Assembly (NCBI GenBank): GCA_030153805.1
Contig: JASKLG010000001.1
Coordinates: forward strand, 1-62,900
Direction of reading: 5' to 3'
DNA length: 62,900 nucleotides
DNA from: Bacillota bacterium
GTDB taxonomy: Bacteria > Bacillota > DTU030 > DUMP01
Shown: in pieces, positions 29,701 through 39,470 of the stretch
How positions within the stretch are numbered: position 1 is the first letter of the stretch
How the letters are laid out: every line of letters starts with the position of its first letter
Notes under the pieces: generated by a model
The model's database searches: none
What the model was told of the DNA's origin: nothing
The model's input: only the letters and a program-made list of their open reading frames with translations
Program-made: the position numbers and the translations under genes

Positions 29701-30441
29701 ACCTTTTTTGGTCTTCTGCACCTCGACGCGGGTAACCCATCCTTCTATCACCGCCGTACTGCCGAGCTCCCTGAGGCTGGATATAGGCTGGGCGGCCTCT
29801 TTTATCGGCTCACCAGCGATGATCTCTGGGGTCGAGGAAGAAGCGGCGGTGGATTCTTCCTTGCGGGAAGCTTCCCGGATTTCCTCTAAATATTGCTGTA
29901 TTTCCTCTTCCCGTGCCTTGAGTTCGGCTTCTTCTTCAATTTCCTCCTCAGCACTCGCCAGCACTTCTATTTGGAAAAGCCTCCCCGTCCGCGCGGCAAT
30001 AAGATCGCGCAGGTAGGTAGCACCGTCGCGCGCCAAAAATAGATGGACGGCAAACTTGTTCCCCAAATTCAAAACGAAAACGTCGCCGCCTATCTCCCAA
30101 CGCGCGTTTGGAAGCCAGCCGCGCAGGAACGGGAAAGCGCGACCGAGCTCTTCAGAAATCTCGGGCCACACATCTTCAAGTTGGGGCTTAGAAGAGAAAA
30201 CCGTGTATTCCACCCGTACCAGGGGTTGGCTTTCCGTAGAGACCGAAAGCGCCCGGGCCAGCCCGTCTAACGCGGCAGCCGGAAGATGGCAAGGCCCGCT
30301 CAGATAAAGGGTCCATTCCCTTCCGTCCGGAGTAACCTCCACTTTCTCCAAACAAGTGGAGCGTAAGTCTTCTTTTACCTCCGGTGGCAGGTCGAAGCCG
30401 GCCACCAAACGCTGCCAAGTGTACCCGGTATGTTCACTCAT
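26746..30441 (-). CDS. polC: DNA polymerase III PolC-type (no DEDDh exonuclease insert)
   Basis: N-terminal domain, OB fold, PHP (ELHLHT, TDH), GSRGSVGSS, Zn finger CPYC/CPRC, catalytic PDIDLNF, YMFPKAHA. Confidence 0.97.
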   Translation of the reverse strand: MSEHTGYTWQRLVAGFDLPPEVKEDLRSTCLEKVEVTPDGREWTLYLSGPCHLPAAALDGLARALSVSTESQPLVRVEYTVFSSKPQLEDVWPEISEELGRAFPFLRGWLPNARWEIGGDVFVLNLGNKFAVHLFLARDGATYLRDLIAARTGRLFQIEVLASAEEEIEEEAELKAREEEIQQYLEEIREASRKEESTAASSSTPEIIAGEPIKEAAQPISSLRELGSTAVIEGWVTRVEVQKTKKGKILLQFDLADEGDAISVKVLLKKKNEQEAAACVEPGCRLRVKGELTFDRFAGEEIIWAEAIQTIPPQEDTDPEEEKRVELHLHTQMSALDATTRLGDLFATLARWGHQAVAITDHGSVQAFPEAYELGRQFGIKVIYGMEGYLVEDGVPPLDDKARVYHIIILVRNQAGLKNLYRLVTASHLDYFHRVPRLTRELLEKHRDGLIFGSACEAGEVFRALAEHKPEEEVRRRAAFYDYLEIQPRGNNAFLVREGKLSEDELLELNRRIVALGRELGKPVVATGDVHFLRPGDAILRSILLAGQKYDDADFQPPLYLKTTREMLAEFSYLGEDTAREVVIRAPQHVASLVEEVQPVPSDLSAPRIQGAEEEIETMARRRAVELYGDPLPPLVARRLDRELQAIIANGFAVIYLIAHRLVKKSLEDGYLVGSRGSVGSSFVATLCDITEVNPLPPHYRCPYCRHSEFIEDGSYGSGFDLPDKNCPRCGELMVKDGQDIPFETFLGFNGDKVPDIDLNFSGEYQSRIHRYTEELFGRDHVFRAGTISTIAERTAYGFVKAYADERGLKWRRAQMERLVAGLTGVRRTTGQHPGGLMIVPDYCDILDFTPVQYPADAKDSAVVTTHFDYHSISSRLLKLDLLGHDDPTVLKMLQELTGVNPRSVPFDDPETLALFSGIEPLGVKAEDIRSEVGTLGLPEFGTRFVRQMLVETRPKSFSELVRISGLSHGTDVWLGNAQDLIRSGRATLSEVICTRDDIMLYLIAKGLEPSLAFKIMENVRKGKGLKPEMEEAMARHGVPEWYIESCRKIKYMFPKAHAAAYVMMAFRIAYFKVHYPAAFYATYFSVRADDFDLNLALKGPAAVAAKISELEARGSEASAKEKGLLTVLEVALEMFARGLRFLPLDLARSDATRFLITPEGLLPPFISVPGLGRSAAENIVAARNERPFASQEDLRIRARLSRSQIALLAEVHCLDNLPVNEQLDLFQVLP

Positions 30442-31090
30442 CGACCATCACCGCGTGTACTCCTTCGACCTGGGATAGTTCAGTTACCGCCGCTTCCACG
30501 CTGGTACCCGGCGGAAACCGGACGGTGAGCGCCACATTAAGGCGCCCCCGCACTGCCGCCTCCTCCATTTGTATACCTTTAATGCTGATTCCCAGTCGCC
30601 CGAGCACTTGGCCAATGCGTCCTAGCTGCCCAGGGCGGTCCTCAATATCCAGTTCTAATACCCTCCGTTCGCGTTTGCCGCCCACCCAGCGCTCAAGGCG
30701 CCCCAGAGGGACCAAGGCGATTATTACCAAAGCTGCCGCCATTCCGGCTCCCAGAAAGAAGCCGGCCCCACAGGCGAGCCCAATGGCTCCTACAACCCAC
30801 AGGCTGGCGGCAGTGGTAAGGCCGCGGACCGTCGGACCCTCGCGCAAGATGGTTCCCGCGCCGAGAAAGCCGATCCCGCTTACTACCTGCGCCGCCAGAC
30901 GCGCCGGATCGGCACCGGCGATGGACTCCGAAAGTACCATCACCAAAGCCGCTCCCACGCTTACCAGAGTATGGGTGCGAAAGCCGGCCGGCCGCTGGGC
31001 ACTCTCGCGTTCCAAGCCCACAATAGCGCCCAAGATAAAAGCGGCACCCAGCCGAAGTAGCAACTGGCTTTCGCTGATAAACAGCGACAC
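30434..31090 (-). CDS. MgtC/SapB family membrane protein with C-terminal ACT domain
   Basis: GLERE, AGFRTH, AQVVSGIGFLGAG, GLTTAASLW, DRPGQL. Confidence 0.92.
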   Translation of the reverse strand: MSLFISESQLLLRLGAAFILGAIVGLERESAQRPAGFRTHTLVSVGAALVMVLSESIAGADPARLAAQVVSGIGFLGAGTILREGPTVRGLTTAASLWVVGAIGLACGAGFFLGAGMAAALVIIALVPLGRLERWVGGKRERRVLELDIEDRPGQLGRIGQVLGRLGISIKGIQMEEAAVRGRLNVALTVRFPPGTSVEAAVTELSQVEGVHAVMVDE

Positions 31091-31092
31091 CT

Positions 31093-31740
31093 CTATCCCC
31101 TGCCCCGCAAAAGCCTAAGGCTAAGCAGTATCTCCCAGTACATCTTGAGCCGGGCCATAAACCCCTTAGCCAGCCCTAGTTTTTCCTCTTTCATAACATG
31201 GGTCACATCGTGCCAGGGTACGCGCCGCACGGTAATACCATGTTCGTGCACGTACTGAGTGAGGGCGACCTCCACTCCAAAGCGGCTGACGCTCAAAGCC
31301 GGTATGCGCTCGAGAAGGCGGCGTGTAATGGCTCGCTGCCCGGAGAGGAAGGGAGCAATTTTCTGCGCCAGATCGGTAGCCAAACGCCCCCCGGAGAAAA
31401 CGGCCATAGCCATTTCCGTTTCCCCCTTGAGCACTGGTTGGAGCAGGTCGCGCACGTGGTGTGGCTCAAGCCCCAGAAGGTCGGCGTCCAAGAAGAGAAG
31501 CATGTCGGCTGTCGTAGCCTGTACCCCGGCGAGGAGGGCGGCACCTTTACCCCTGTTGGTGCTGAGCTCCACCACTTTCACCTTGCTTCCGGCGTTAGCC
31601 GCAACTTTAGCCGTGTCGTCGGTGGAGCCGTCACTTACCACGACGATTTCGTCCACTTCTTCCACCTTTTCCACGGTGGCTATCACGTTGCCGATGCGTG
31701 CGGCCTCGTTGTAGGCGGGTATAATGGCGGCTACTTTCAT
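31093..31740 (-). CDS. Family 2 glycosyltransferase
   Basis: IIPAYNE, DGSTDDT, GKG, FLDAD, SGQR. Confidence 0.9.
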   Translation of the reverse strand: MKVAAIIPAYNEAARIGNVIATVEKVEEVDEIVVVSDGSTDDTAKVAANAGSKVKVVELSTNRGKGAALLAGVQATTADMLLFLDADLLGLEPHHVRDLLQPVLKGETEMAMAVFSGGRLATDLAQKIAPFLSGQRAITRRLLERIPALSVSRFGVEVALTQYVHEHGITVRRVPWHDVTHVMKEEKLGLAKGFMARLKMYWEILLSLRLLRGRG

Positions 31741-31745
31741 TTTCT

Positions 31746-33515
31746 TTACCCCAATACTCCAATGTCCGCGCCGGTATTTTCGTCTTCCAACTTGGGGTAA
31801 CCGGCTTGGATTTCAGCTTTTACCTTCGCCACTACCTCTGAGCGCTCAAGCAGCATTACCGAGCCGTCGGCCCGGCGGCGAAGCTCCACCTTCCCCTCCT
31901 TCAAGGCACGGGGCCCTACGGTGATGCGGAGTGGGAAGCCCATAAGGTCCGCGTCCTTAAATTTCACTCCGGCACGCTCGTCACGATCGTCGATGATTGT
32001 TTCCACCCCTGCCGCCGTAAGCTCCCGGTAGAGGGATTCGGCCAACTCTTGCTGTTCCGGGACGGCATAGTTTACCGGGACAATGATAACGTGGTAGGGC
32101 GCTATGGGGAAGGGCCAAATTATACCGTCCGCATCATGGTTCTGCTCCACCGCAGCCGCCATGGTGCGCGGAATCCCAATACCGTAGGAACCCATGATAA
32201 TGTAATGTTCCTGGCCGTCTTCACCCAGGTAGGTCGCCCCCAGGGCCTCGCTGTACTTGGTGCCGAGTTTGAAGATATGCCCTACTTCTATGCCGCGGGT
32301 AAGCTGAAGCGGCGCCCCGCAGCGCGGGCAGGGATCTCCAGCAGCCGCGTTGCGCAGATCGAGAACCTCCCCAGCCTGATAGTCGCGCCCGTAATTGACG
32401 TTTATTAGGTGAACGTCGGCTTTGTTGCCGCCCACAACGGCATTGACCACTCGGGGCACCTCGAGGTCGGCCAGAATACGCACATTCTTAAGGCCCACCG
32501 GACCGGCAAATCCCACCGGTGCTCCGGTAACCTCTTGCACAAGAGATGCATCGGCGAGCTCGACGAAGAGGGCGCCTACGGCATTCTTCAGTTTTGTCTC
32601 GTTAACATCGCGGTCACCCCGCACCAAAACGGCTACCGGCTCTTCCCGGTCCCGGTAAATAGCGCGGTAAATTAAAGTCTTTACCAGGCGCTCTGCTGTG
32701 ACGCCCAGATATGCGGTTACCTCTTCTACACTGTGCCGCCCGGGGGTAGGAACCTCCTGCATTTCTTTTGCCGGTTCCGTCAGGTCCGGCACTACTTCCC
32801 CCGTCACCGCTCGTTCCAGGTTGGCCGCATAATCGCAGGCTTCGCAGTAGACAATAACCCCCTCGCCAGTATCGGCCAGTACCATAAACTCGTGCGAATC
32901 CTTGCCGCCGATGGCCCCAGTGTCCGCCTCTACCACCTTAAACCTGAGTCCCAGCCGGCGGAAAATGCGTTCATAAGCCCGGTACATGGCCTGATAGCTC
33001 TCTTCTAAGCCGGCCTGGTCACGATCGAAACTATAAAGGTCCTTCATGATGAACTCCCGGCAGCGGATAAGTCCGAGGCGCGGACGAATTTCATCGCGCG
33101 CCTTGGTTTGAATCTGGTAGAGCCGTTTGGGTAGGTCGCGGTAGGAGCTGATCTCCCGGCGCACCAGGTCGGTGATAATCTCTTCGTGGGTAGGGCCCAG
33201 GCAAAAATCCCGCTCATGCCGGTCCTTCAGCCGGAAGAGCTCTTTGCCGTACACATCCCAACGCCCGGACTCCTGCCAAATCTCTGCCGGTTGGAGCGCC
33301 GGCAGGAAAACTTCCTGACCTCCGGCACGGTCCATTTCCTCGCGCACGATCTGCTCTATTTTTCTTAGCACGCGCCAGCCTAAAGGCAGGTAAGAATAAA
33401 TTCCCGCTGCGGTTTTTCTGATGTAACCGGCCCTGAGGAGATACTGGTGGCTGATCACCTCAGCCTCAGCCGGAACCTCGCGCAGGGTAGGCGCAAATAA
33501 TCTCGACATCCGCAC
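31746..33515 (-). CDS. proS: Proline--tRNA ligase (bacterial type with INS editing domain)
   Basis: GPTHEE, REFIMKDLYSF, GIEVGHIFKLG, anticodon domain GVKFKDAD. Confidence 0.97.
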   Translation of the reverse strand: MRMSRLFAPTLREVPAEAEVISHQYLLRAGYIRKTAAGIYSYLPLGWRVLRKIEQIVREEMDRAGGQEVFLPALQPAEIWQESGRWDVYGKELFRLKDRHERDFCLGPTHEEIITDLVRREISSYRDLPKRLYQIQTKARDEIRPRLGLIRCREFIMKDLYSFDRDQAGLEESYQAMYRAYERIFRRLGLRFKVVEADTGAIGGKDSHEFMVLADTGEGVIVYCEACDYAANLERAVTGEVVPDLTEPAKEMQEVPTPGRHSVEEVTAYLGVTAERLVKTLIYRAIYRDREEPVAVLVRGDRDVNETKLKNAVGALFVELADASLVQEVTGAPVGFAGPVGLKNVRILADLEVPRVVNAVVGGNKADVHLINVNYGRDYQAGEVLDLRNAAAGDPCPRCGAPLQLTRGIEVGHIFKLGTKYSEALGATYLGEDGQEHYIIMGSYGIGIPRTMAAAVEQNHDADGIIWPFPIAPYHVIIVPVNYAVPEQQELAESLYRELTAAGVETIIDDRDERAGVKFKDADLMGFPLRITVGPRALKEGKVELRRRADGSVMLLERSEVVAKVKAEIQAGYPKLEDENTGADIGVLG

Positions 33516-33544
33516 GTCTGGCATCCTCCTCACTTTAGCGAAAG

Positions 33545-34663
33545 TTACTCTTTACCGGGGACCGGAGGCATTCCCGCCCCGTCGTTTTCCGCAGGGAAGG
33601 CTTCAGGGTAAGCTTTTTTGATTTCGCCCAGAAGCGCAGAAACCAGTTCAGCTTCGGGCACCTTCTTGGCAATTTGGCCGTGGCGAAAGATTAGCCCCGC
33701 ACCGCGCCCGCCGGCAATACCGAAGTCCGCGTCGGCGGCTTCGCCCGGGCCGTTGACGGCGCACCCCATTACCGCGATCTTCAGCGGTACCTCAAGTCCG
33801 GCTAGGGATTTTTCCACCTCTTGGGCCAGACGGATAAGGTCTACCTGACAGCGGCCACACGTGGGGCAGGAGATAAGTACCGGTCCGCGCTGGCGCAAGT
33901 TAAGCGCCTTAAGGATCTCATAACCTACGCGTACCTCCTCCACCGGATCGCCGGTTAAGGAAACGCGAATGGTATCCCCGATGCCTTGGGCCAGAAGTGC
34001 CCCTATTCCAACCGCAGAGCGGATGGTCCCGCGCCAGGGTGTACCGGCTTCCGTAATCCCAAGATGTAATGGGTAATCACAGCGGGCTGCCGCCAACTCA
34101 TAAGCCCGGATGGTAAGAGGCACGTCGGAGGCTTTAAGGGAAAGAACAATGGCCGAGTGACCTTCTTCCTCAAGAAGGGCTGCCTGCCTTAAGGCGCTCT
34201 CCACCATGCCCTCCGGAGTCACCCCGCCTTCCCGCTCCCGGATGCTCTTTTCCAGCGAACCGGCATTGACGCCAATGCGGATCGGTATGCCGCGTTCTTT
34301 GGCCGCTTTGGCCACCGCTCGTACCCGCTCCGGTCCACCAATATTGCCCGGGTTAAGGCGCAGCCCGGCTACCCCCGCCTCGATGGCGGCTAAAGCCAGG
34401 CGATAATCAAAATGAATGTCGGCAACCAGCGGCAGGGGCGCACGGCGGCAAAGCTCTTTAAGGGCACCTGCAGCCTCTTCATCCGGTACCGCCAGCCGGA
34501 CAATTTCACAACCGGCTTCTTTCAGAGCTTCGATTTGACGCAGGGTAGCTTTGATGTCGCGCGTATCGGTGTTGGTCATTGATTGGACGCTGACCGGAGC
34601 CAGGCCACCGACCGTAACCGATCCCACCTGCACCGGCCGGCTGTAGCGTCGCTTTTTCAGCAC
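33545..34663 (-). CDS. ispG: (E)-4-hydroxy-3-methylbut-2-enyl-diphosphate synthase
   Basis: [33 protein letters not shown]. Confidence 0.97.
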   Translation of the reverse strand: MLKKRRYSRPVQVGSVTVGGLAPVSVQSMTNTDTRDIKATLRQIEALKEAGCEIVRLAVPDEEAAGALKELCRRAPLPLVADIHFDYRLALAAIEAGVAGLRLNPGNIGGPERVRAVAKAAKERGIPIRIGVNAGSLEKSIREREGGVTPEGMVESALRQAALLEEEGHSAIVLSLKASDVPLTIRAYELAAARCDYPLHLGITEAGTPWRGTIRSAVGIGALLAQGIGDTIRVSLTGDPVEEVRVGYEILKALNLRQRGPVLISCPTCGRCQVDLIRLAQEVEKSLAGLEVPLKIAVMGCAVNGPGEAADADFGIAGGRGAGLIFRHGQIAKKVPEAELVSALLGEIKKAYPEAFPAENDGAGMPPVPGKE

Positions 34664-34665
34664 AA

Positions 34666-35679
34666 TTACACCCCCAGGCGCATGAGATCCTGGTATGTGG
34701 CCAGCGCCAAGATGGCAAGAAGTAAAATCACCCCGATGAGCTTAAGAAAACCCTCTCGCTCCGGTCCAAGTGGTTCGCCTCGCAGACCTTCCCAGCCGAT
34801 CACAACCAGTTGTCCACCGTCAAGGAGGGGGATGGGAAAAAGGTTAAAAAGGCCCAGGTTAATGCTGAGAAGGGCGGCCAGCGAGAGTAAGTTGAGGAAA
34901 CCGGTACGGGCCACTTCGCCCACCGCCTGTACAATCCCTAAAGGGCCGGCTACATCCGCCGGAGCGCGCTGCATGATCATCTGCCCCAAGCGCACCAAGA
35001 TGAAAGCAGTTGTGCCGAGCGTCTGACGCGCTCCCCAATAGAGGGAAATAAACGGGTTATAGCGCCGCATTACCCTTTGGATACCGATTACGCCGCGCCC
35101 GCCGCCATCCGCGGCGCGGGGAACTAAGGAGAAGGTGAGCATCTCTTCCCCTCTAAGCACACGGACCTCCGTCTCCTTCCCGGCACGCTGCGATATCAGA
35201 GCTACTACCTCATCCCACTTTTCTACGGTCCGGCCGTCGATGCCTATGATTACATCCCCCGCTTTGAGTCCGGCCCGAGCAGCCGGTTCCCCTGGGACGA
35301 CTCCTCCGATTTTAGCCTCCTTGGCAGGTACCCCAACGACGAAAAAGATAACCGCAAACAATAGGACGGCCAAGAGGAAATTCATGAGCGGACCGGCACC
35401 GATCACCAGCAACCGGTTCTTCACAGGCTGGGAACGGAAGGAACGCTCTGACGGGACTGCCTCTTCTTCTTCGCCGAGCATCCTTACAAACCCTCCCAGG
35501 GGAAAAAGGCGCAAAGAGTAGCGGGTTTCTCCCCAGCGCCGGCTGAGAAGCTCTGGTCCAAAACCAACGCCGAACTCCTCCACCAAAATCCCCAACCGCT
35601 TGGCCATGAGGAAATGCCCAAGTTCGTGAAAAATAGTGAGGAGGCCAAAGACAAAGACGAAGGCCAGGGCCGTAGTCAC
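34666..35679 (-). CDS. rseP: RIP metalloprotease RseP/RasP
   Basis: HELGH, AGPLMN, PDZ domain, [15 protein letters not shown] overlap with dxr. Confidence 0.95.
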   Translation of the reverse strand: MTTALAFVFVFGLLTIFHELGHFLMAKRLGILVEEFGVGFGPELLSRRWGETRYSLRLFPLGGFVRMLGEEEEAVPSERSFRSQPVKNRLLVIGAGPLMNFLLAVLLFAVIFFVVGVPAKEAKIGGVVPGEPAARAGLKAGDVIIGIDGRTVEKWDEVVALISQRAGKETEVRVLRGEEMLTFSLVPRAADGGGRGVIGIQRVMRRYNPFISLYWGARQTLGTTAFILVRLGQMIMQRAPADVAGPLGIVQAVGEVARTGFLNLLSLAALLSINLGLFNLFPIPLLDGGQLVVIGWEGLRGEPLGPEREGFLKLIGVILLLAILALATYQDLMRLGV

Positions 35680-36836
35680 GCGCCTACCACTCCCTCCCGG
35701 ATAAGCGCCCGGGCCTTTGAGCGGGCCCAAGCATCAGCCGCCAAGACCGCCTCGAGATCGGGTTCGGGCACCGGTGTGTGTCCGGCCAGCACCTTTTCCA
35801 CAAGCGCCGGTATGCCTAAAAAGCTCAGACGGCCCTTAAGAAACTCCTCTACCGCCACCTCATTGGCTCCGTTAAGTACCGTAGGGTAGGTCCCTCCCTT
35901 CTGCGCCGCCGCTCGAGCAAGGGCCAGGCAGGGGAAACGGTCCGTGTCCGGCGCCTCAAAGGTAAGGGTACGCCCGGTGAGGTCGAGCCTTGGCCACGGA
36001 GCCGGCAATCTCTCGGGATAAGTTAGGGCATACTGGATGGGCAGGCGCATGTCCGGAAGCCCTAGTTGGGCCACCACTGCACCATCTACAAACTCCACCA
36101 GGGAATGCACTATACTCTCGGGATGGACTAGAACCTCAATCTTTTTAAGTTCCACATCAAAGAGCCAGCGTGCCTCGATTACCTCCAGCCCTTTGTTCAT
36201 AAGCGTAGCTGAGTCCACGGTGATCTTGGCGCCCATACGCCAGTTGGGATGCTGCAGTGCTTCTTTTGCCGTCACGCGTTGAAGCGCCTTTTTCGGCCAC
36301 GTACGGAAAGGTCCTCCAGAAGCCGTAAGGAGCAGGCGTTTAATCTCGGCGGGCCGGCCTGCGTGAAGGGACTGGAAAATAGCCGAATGTTCGCTGTCCA
36401 CTGGCATAATCTTGACTCCCCGGCGCCGGGCCTCCGCCTGCACGAGATGGCCCGCCGTAACCAGGGCTTCTTTGTTGGCGAGAGCCACGTCTTTCCCCCG
36501 GCGTACCGCCGCGAGGACCGGTTTGAGGCCGGCAATGCCCACAATAGCCGCCAAGACCAAATCGCCTTCCGCTTCGGTCGCCGCCAACACCCCTTCTTCA
36601 CCGGCCATTATCGTTACCTTCTCTCCAGAAAGAAGCTCCTTCAGCTCCCGCCAGCGTTCTTTGTCTGCCACCGCCACCAACGCAGGACGAAAGCGGCGTA
36701 CCTGTTCGGCCAAAAGTTCCACATTACTTCCGGCAACCAGCGCCGTTACGTGAATCTCCTCAGGCAAATGAGCCGCTACTTCCAGCGTCTGGCGTCCGAT
36801 AGAACCTGTGGAACCCAGAACAATAACTTTCTTCAC
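35676..36836 (-). CDS. dxr: 1-deoxy-D-xylulose 5-phosphate reductoisomerase
   Basis: LGSTGSIG, LANKE, PVDSEH, HPNWRMG, NKGLEVIEA. Confidence 0.98.
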   Translation of the reverse strand: MKKVIVLGSTGSIGRQTLEVAAHLPEEIHVTALVAGSNVELLAEQVRRFRPALVAVADKERWRELKELLSGEKVTIMAGEEGVLAATEAEGDLVLAAIVGIAGLKPVLAAVRRGKDVALANKEALVTAGHLVQAEARRRGVKIMPVDSEHSAIFQSLHAGRPAEIKRLLLTASGGPFRTWPKKALQRVTAKEALQHPNWRMGAKITVDSATLMNKGLEVIEARWLFDVELKKIEVLVHPESIVHSLVEFVDGAVVAQLGLPDMRLPIQYALTYPERLPAPWPRLDLTGRTLTFEAPDTDRFPCLALARAAAQKGGTYPTVLNGANEVAVEEFLKGRLSFLGIPALVEKVLAGHTPVPEPDLEAVLAADAWARSKARALIREGVVGA

Positions 36837-36846
36837 ATTGCCTCAC

Positions 36847-37893
36847 CTACATTTGAACAAAATTTCCAAAGATGCCGGCTTTAAACAGTGCCTTCAAGAA
36901 TATGAGCGTCAGCGGCCCAATGATAAATCCACTGGCCCCAAAAAGTTTAACCCCCAGGTACAAGGACACCAACACAAGGAGTGGGTGTATCCCCGTTGTT
37001 TCCCCGATCACTTTACCCTGCAATACCTGGCGTACAATGTTCATAGCCACATATACGGCGATAAGGCCCAGAGCCAAAGCCTTCTGCCCGGTAACAAACG
37101 CTGCAACGATCCAGGGTAGAAAAAGCAACGCGGGGCCCACTACAGGCAGAACATCAAGGAGGCCACTTAAGAGCCCGAGGAATACGGCATAACGAATGCC
37201 CAGCAACCAAAACCCTAACATGGCCGTAAAAGTAGTTATGCCTACTAGGAGAAATTGGGCCCACAGCAGGCCGACCAAGTTGTTGAGTACTTCCCGTTCC
37301 AACTCCCTAAGCCGCTCCTCACTCCCTGGCGGCAGCAGCTTGAGCGCCAAACGTAGCAGCGCCTCTTTGTCCCGGCTTAAAAAGTAGGCCGCTACACAGC
37401 TTAAGATGAACACCACCAAGACCTCAGGAACAGACCTCAAAGTTGAGAGAAGGCCTTTAAGCACAGCTCCGGCGAGATCGTACAGCCGGAGTACGACCTC
37501 TTCGGCCATTTTAAGAAACGGTTCCGGCAGGTGCAGGTAAAAGTCCTGGGTCCTTGCAGCCAATTCCTGGAGTGTCTTTATCATGCCGCTGCTGTAAGCG
37601 GGAAGCCTGCGGCTTAGATCGGCGACATCAGCCGCCACGCGCAGCGTCAGGTAGAAAGCACCGCCGCCGATTAGCCCCATCGCTCCCAGCAAGGTTATGG
37701 CAGCTGCCCAAGCTCGGGGTAGGCGAACTTGTCGTTCAAAAAAGGAAACAGCTGGATCCAGCACAACGGCCAAAAACGCCCCCAACACAAACGGCAGAAC
37801 TAGCGGCAAAAGGAAACGGAGCCCAAGGTAAAGGGCAAAGAAAAATCCCGCAGCTAGGATTATCAGCTTATTGGTACGGTTCACGCCCACCAA
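36847..37893 (-). CDS. ytvI: Sporulation integral membrane protein YtvI (AI-2E family)
   Basis: Polytopic, DVLPVVGP, GIHPLLVL...GFIIGP; located between cdsA and dxr. Confidence 0.85.
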   Translation of the reverse strand: MVGVNRTNKLIILAAGFFFALYLGLRFLLPLVLPFVLGAFLAVVLDPAVSFFERQVRLPRAWAAAITLLGAMGLIGGGAFYLTLRVAADVADLSRRLPAYSSGMIKTLQELAARTQDFYLHLPEPFLKMAEEVVLRLYDLAGAVLKGLLSTLRSVPEVLVVFILSCVAAYFLSRDKEALLRLALKLLPPGSEERLRELEREVLNNLVGLLWAQFLLVGITTFTAMLGFWLLGIRYAVFLGLLSGLLDVLPVVGPALLFLPWIVAAFVTGQKALALGLIAVYVAMNIVRQVLQGKVIGETTGIHPLLVLVSLYLGVKLFGASGFIIGPLTLIFLKALFKAGIFGNFVQM

Positions 37894-37902
37894 CCTCCCT
37901 GC

Positions 37903-38676
37903 TTAATGCCAAAGCCAGAACCGGGAGGCATACATAACTGGAGCTACGAAAAGAAGCGCATCAAAACGGTCCAGGATGCCGCCATGCCCGGGGAGAATGT
38001 TGCCGGAATCCTTAACCTGGGCCTGGCGCTTTAGTGCAGACTCCACCAAGTCGCCAACCTCTGCAGCCAAGCCCACAACTGTTCCTATAGCCATAGCCTG
38101 CCAGATGCCCAACCCGAACCAACTATGTACGAAAAACATGACCAGGACACACCCAAACCAGCCGGCCACAGCCCCCTCCCACGTTTTTTTAGGGCTCAGT
38201 CTCGCGGCCAGCCGGTGCCTACCCCAACGCGTACCGACGAGGAAAGCAACGCTGTCGGAAACCCAGGTCAGTATAAATGTCAAAAGGGTATACTCTCTCC
38301 CTCCTGGAAGCCCATGTAGCCTCAACAGGTAACTAAAAAGGAAGGGAATGTAGAGTACCCCTAAGAGAGCAGAACCTGCTTGTTCAAAAGTGAAGCGGGG
38401 AAACGCCCCTAATATCGTAACGAGAAGACTCAAAAGTAAGAATGCCGCCATACCGCCCAAATAGTCCGGTTGCCGCCAAAGCGCCCAAAGGAGTAGAGCT
38501 CCCGCCGTGTAACCCCAGATTCTAAGCTCCTGGGGAATATGCGCAAGGCAATAGTACTCTCTCAACCCCAAGAGAGAAAGGGTTAGAATCAGGAAGAAGA
38601 ATGGCACTCCACCGGCTTGAATAAAAATGATGATTGCGGGAACCCCCAGGACAGCCGTTAGAATGCGAGCCTGCAC
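37903..38676 (-). CDS. cdsA: Phosphatidate cytidylyltransferase
   Basis: SPKKTWEG, GDLVESALKR...KDSG...PGHGGILDRFD. Confidence 0.96.
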   Translation of the reverse strand: MQARILTAVLGVPAIIIFIQAGGVPFFFLILTLSLLGLREYYCLAHIPQELRIWGYTAGALLLWALWRQPDYLGGMAAFLLLSLLVTILGAFPRFTFEQAGSALLGVLYIPFLFSYLLRLHGLPGGREYTLLTFILTWVSDSVAFLVGTRWGRHRLAARLSPKKTWEGAVAGWFGCVLVMFFVHSWFGLGIWQAMAIGTVVGLAAEVGDLVESALKRQAQVKDSGNILPGHGGILDRFDALLFVAPVMYASRFWLWH

Positions 38677-38682
38677 CGTTTC

Positions 38683-39435
38683 TCACCCTCTATTATGGAC
38701 GCCGCCAAAACGGCGTTCCCGCTTCCGGTACGCTGCCACCGCCTGAGCCAGGTGGTCTTGGGTAAAATCTGGCCATAAAACGTCGGTAAAGTACAGCTCT
38801 GTATAGGCAAGTTGCCAAAGTAAGAAGTTACTCAGGCGCATTTCGCCGCTGGTACGGATAAGTAGATCCGGATCAGGCATGCCCCGTGTAAAAAGTTCTC
38901 CTGCGAAGACCTCAGCGGTAATGTCGTTAGGCTCAAGCTCGCCGCCAGCCGCACGAAAAGCGAGGGCCCTGGCCGCTCTCACAATTTCTGCCCGCCCGCC
39001 GTAATTAAGCGCGATGTTTAGCGTAAGCCGGGTACAGCCCTCCGTTTCCGCTTCGCAGCGTTCAATTACCTTTCCCGCCGTCTGCGGCAGGTTCTCCCGT
39101 TCCCCCAAAAACCGCACCCTCACTCCGTGGGCCTTAAGATCGTCGGTTTCTTTTTCCACGTACTCCCGGAGTAGAGCAAAAAGGCCCTCCACTTCCAGGC
39201 GTGGTCGGCGCCAGTTTTCGGTGGAAAAGGCAAAAAGGGTGAGGTATTTAATGCCTAAGCTGGGTGCAGCCCGAACCACCCTCCGTACGGCCTCCATACC
39301 GGCGCGGTGCCCCATGATGCGGGGCAGGCCGCGCGCCTCGGCCCAGCGGCCGTTACCATCCATGATAATAGCTACATGCTCCGGGCCGCGCTCTCCTTGC
39401 CGGCCAGCAAGCTCCTGTCGCTCGCCTTGCTTCAA
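38683..39435 (-). CDS. uppS: Undecaprenyl diphosphate synthase
   Basis: HVAIIMDGNGRWA, FSTENW, IRTSGEMRLSNFLLWQ. Start uncertain (39435-39489). Confidence 0.96.
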   Translation of the reverse strand: MKQGERQELAGRQGERGPEHVAIIMDGNGRWAEARGLPRIMGHRAGMEAVRRVVRAAPSLGIKYLTLFAFSTENWRRPRLEVEGLFALLREYVEKETDDLKAHGVRVRFLGERENLPQTAGKVIERCEAETEGCTRLTLNIALNYGGRAEIVRAARALAFRAAGGELEPNDITAEVFAGELFTRGMPDPDLLIRTSGEMRLSNFLLWQLAYTELYFTDVLWPDFTQDHLAQAVAAYRKRERRFGGVHNRG

Positions 39436-39470
39436 GTCGTTCACTCCCTGCAAGCCAAACGCCCCCTTGC

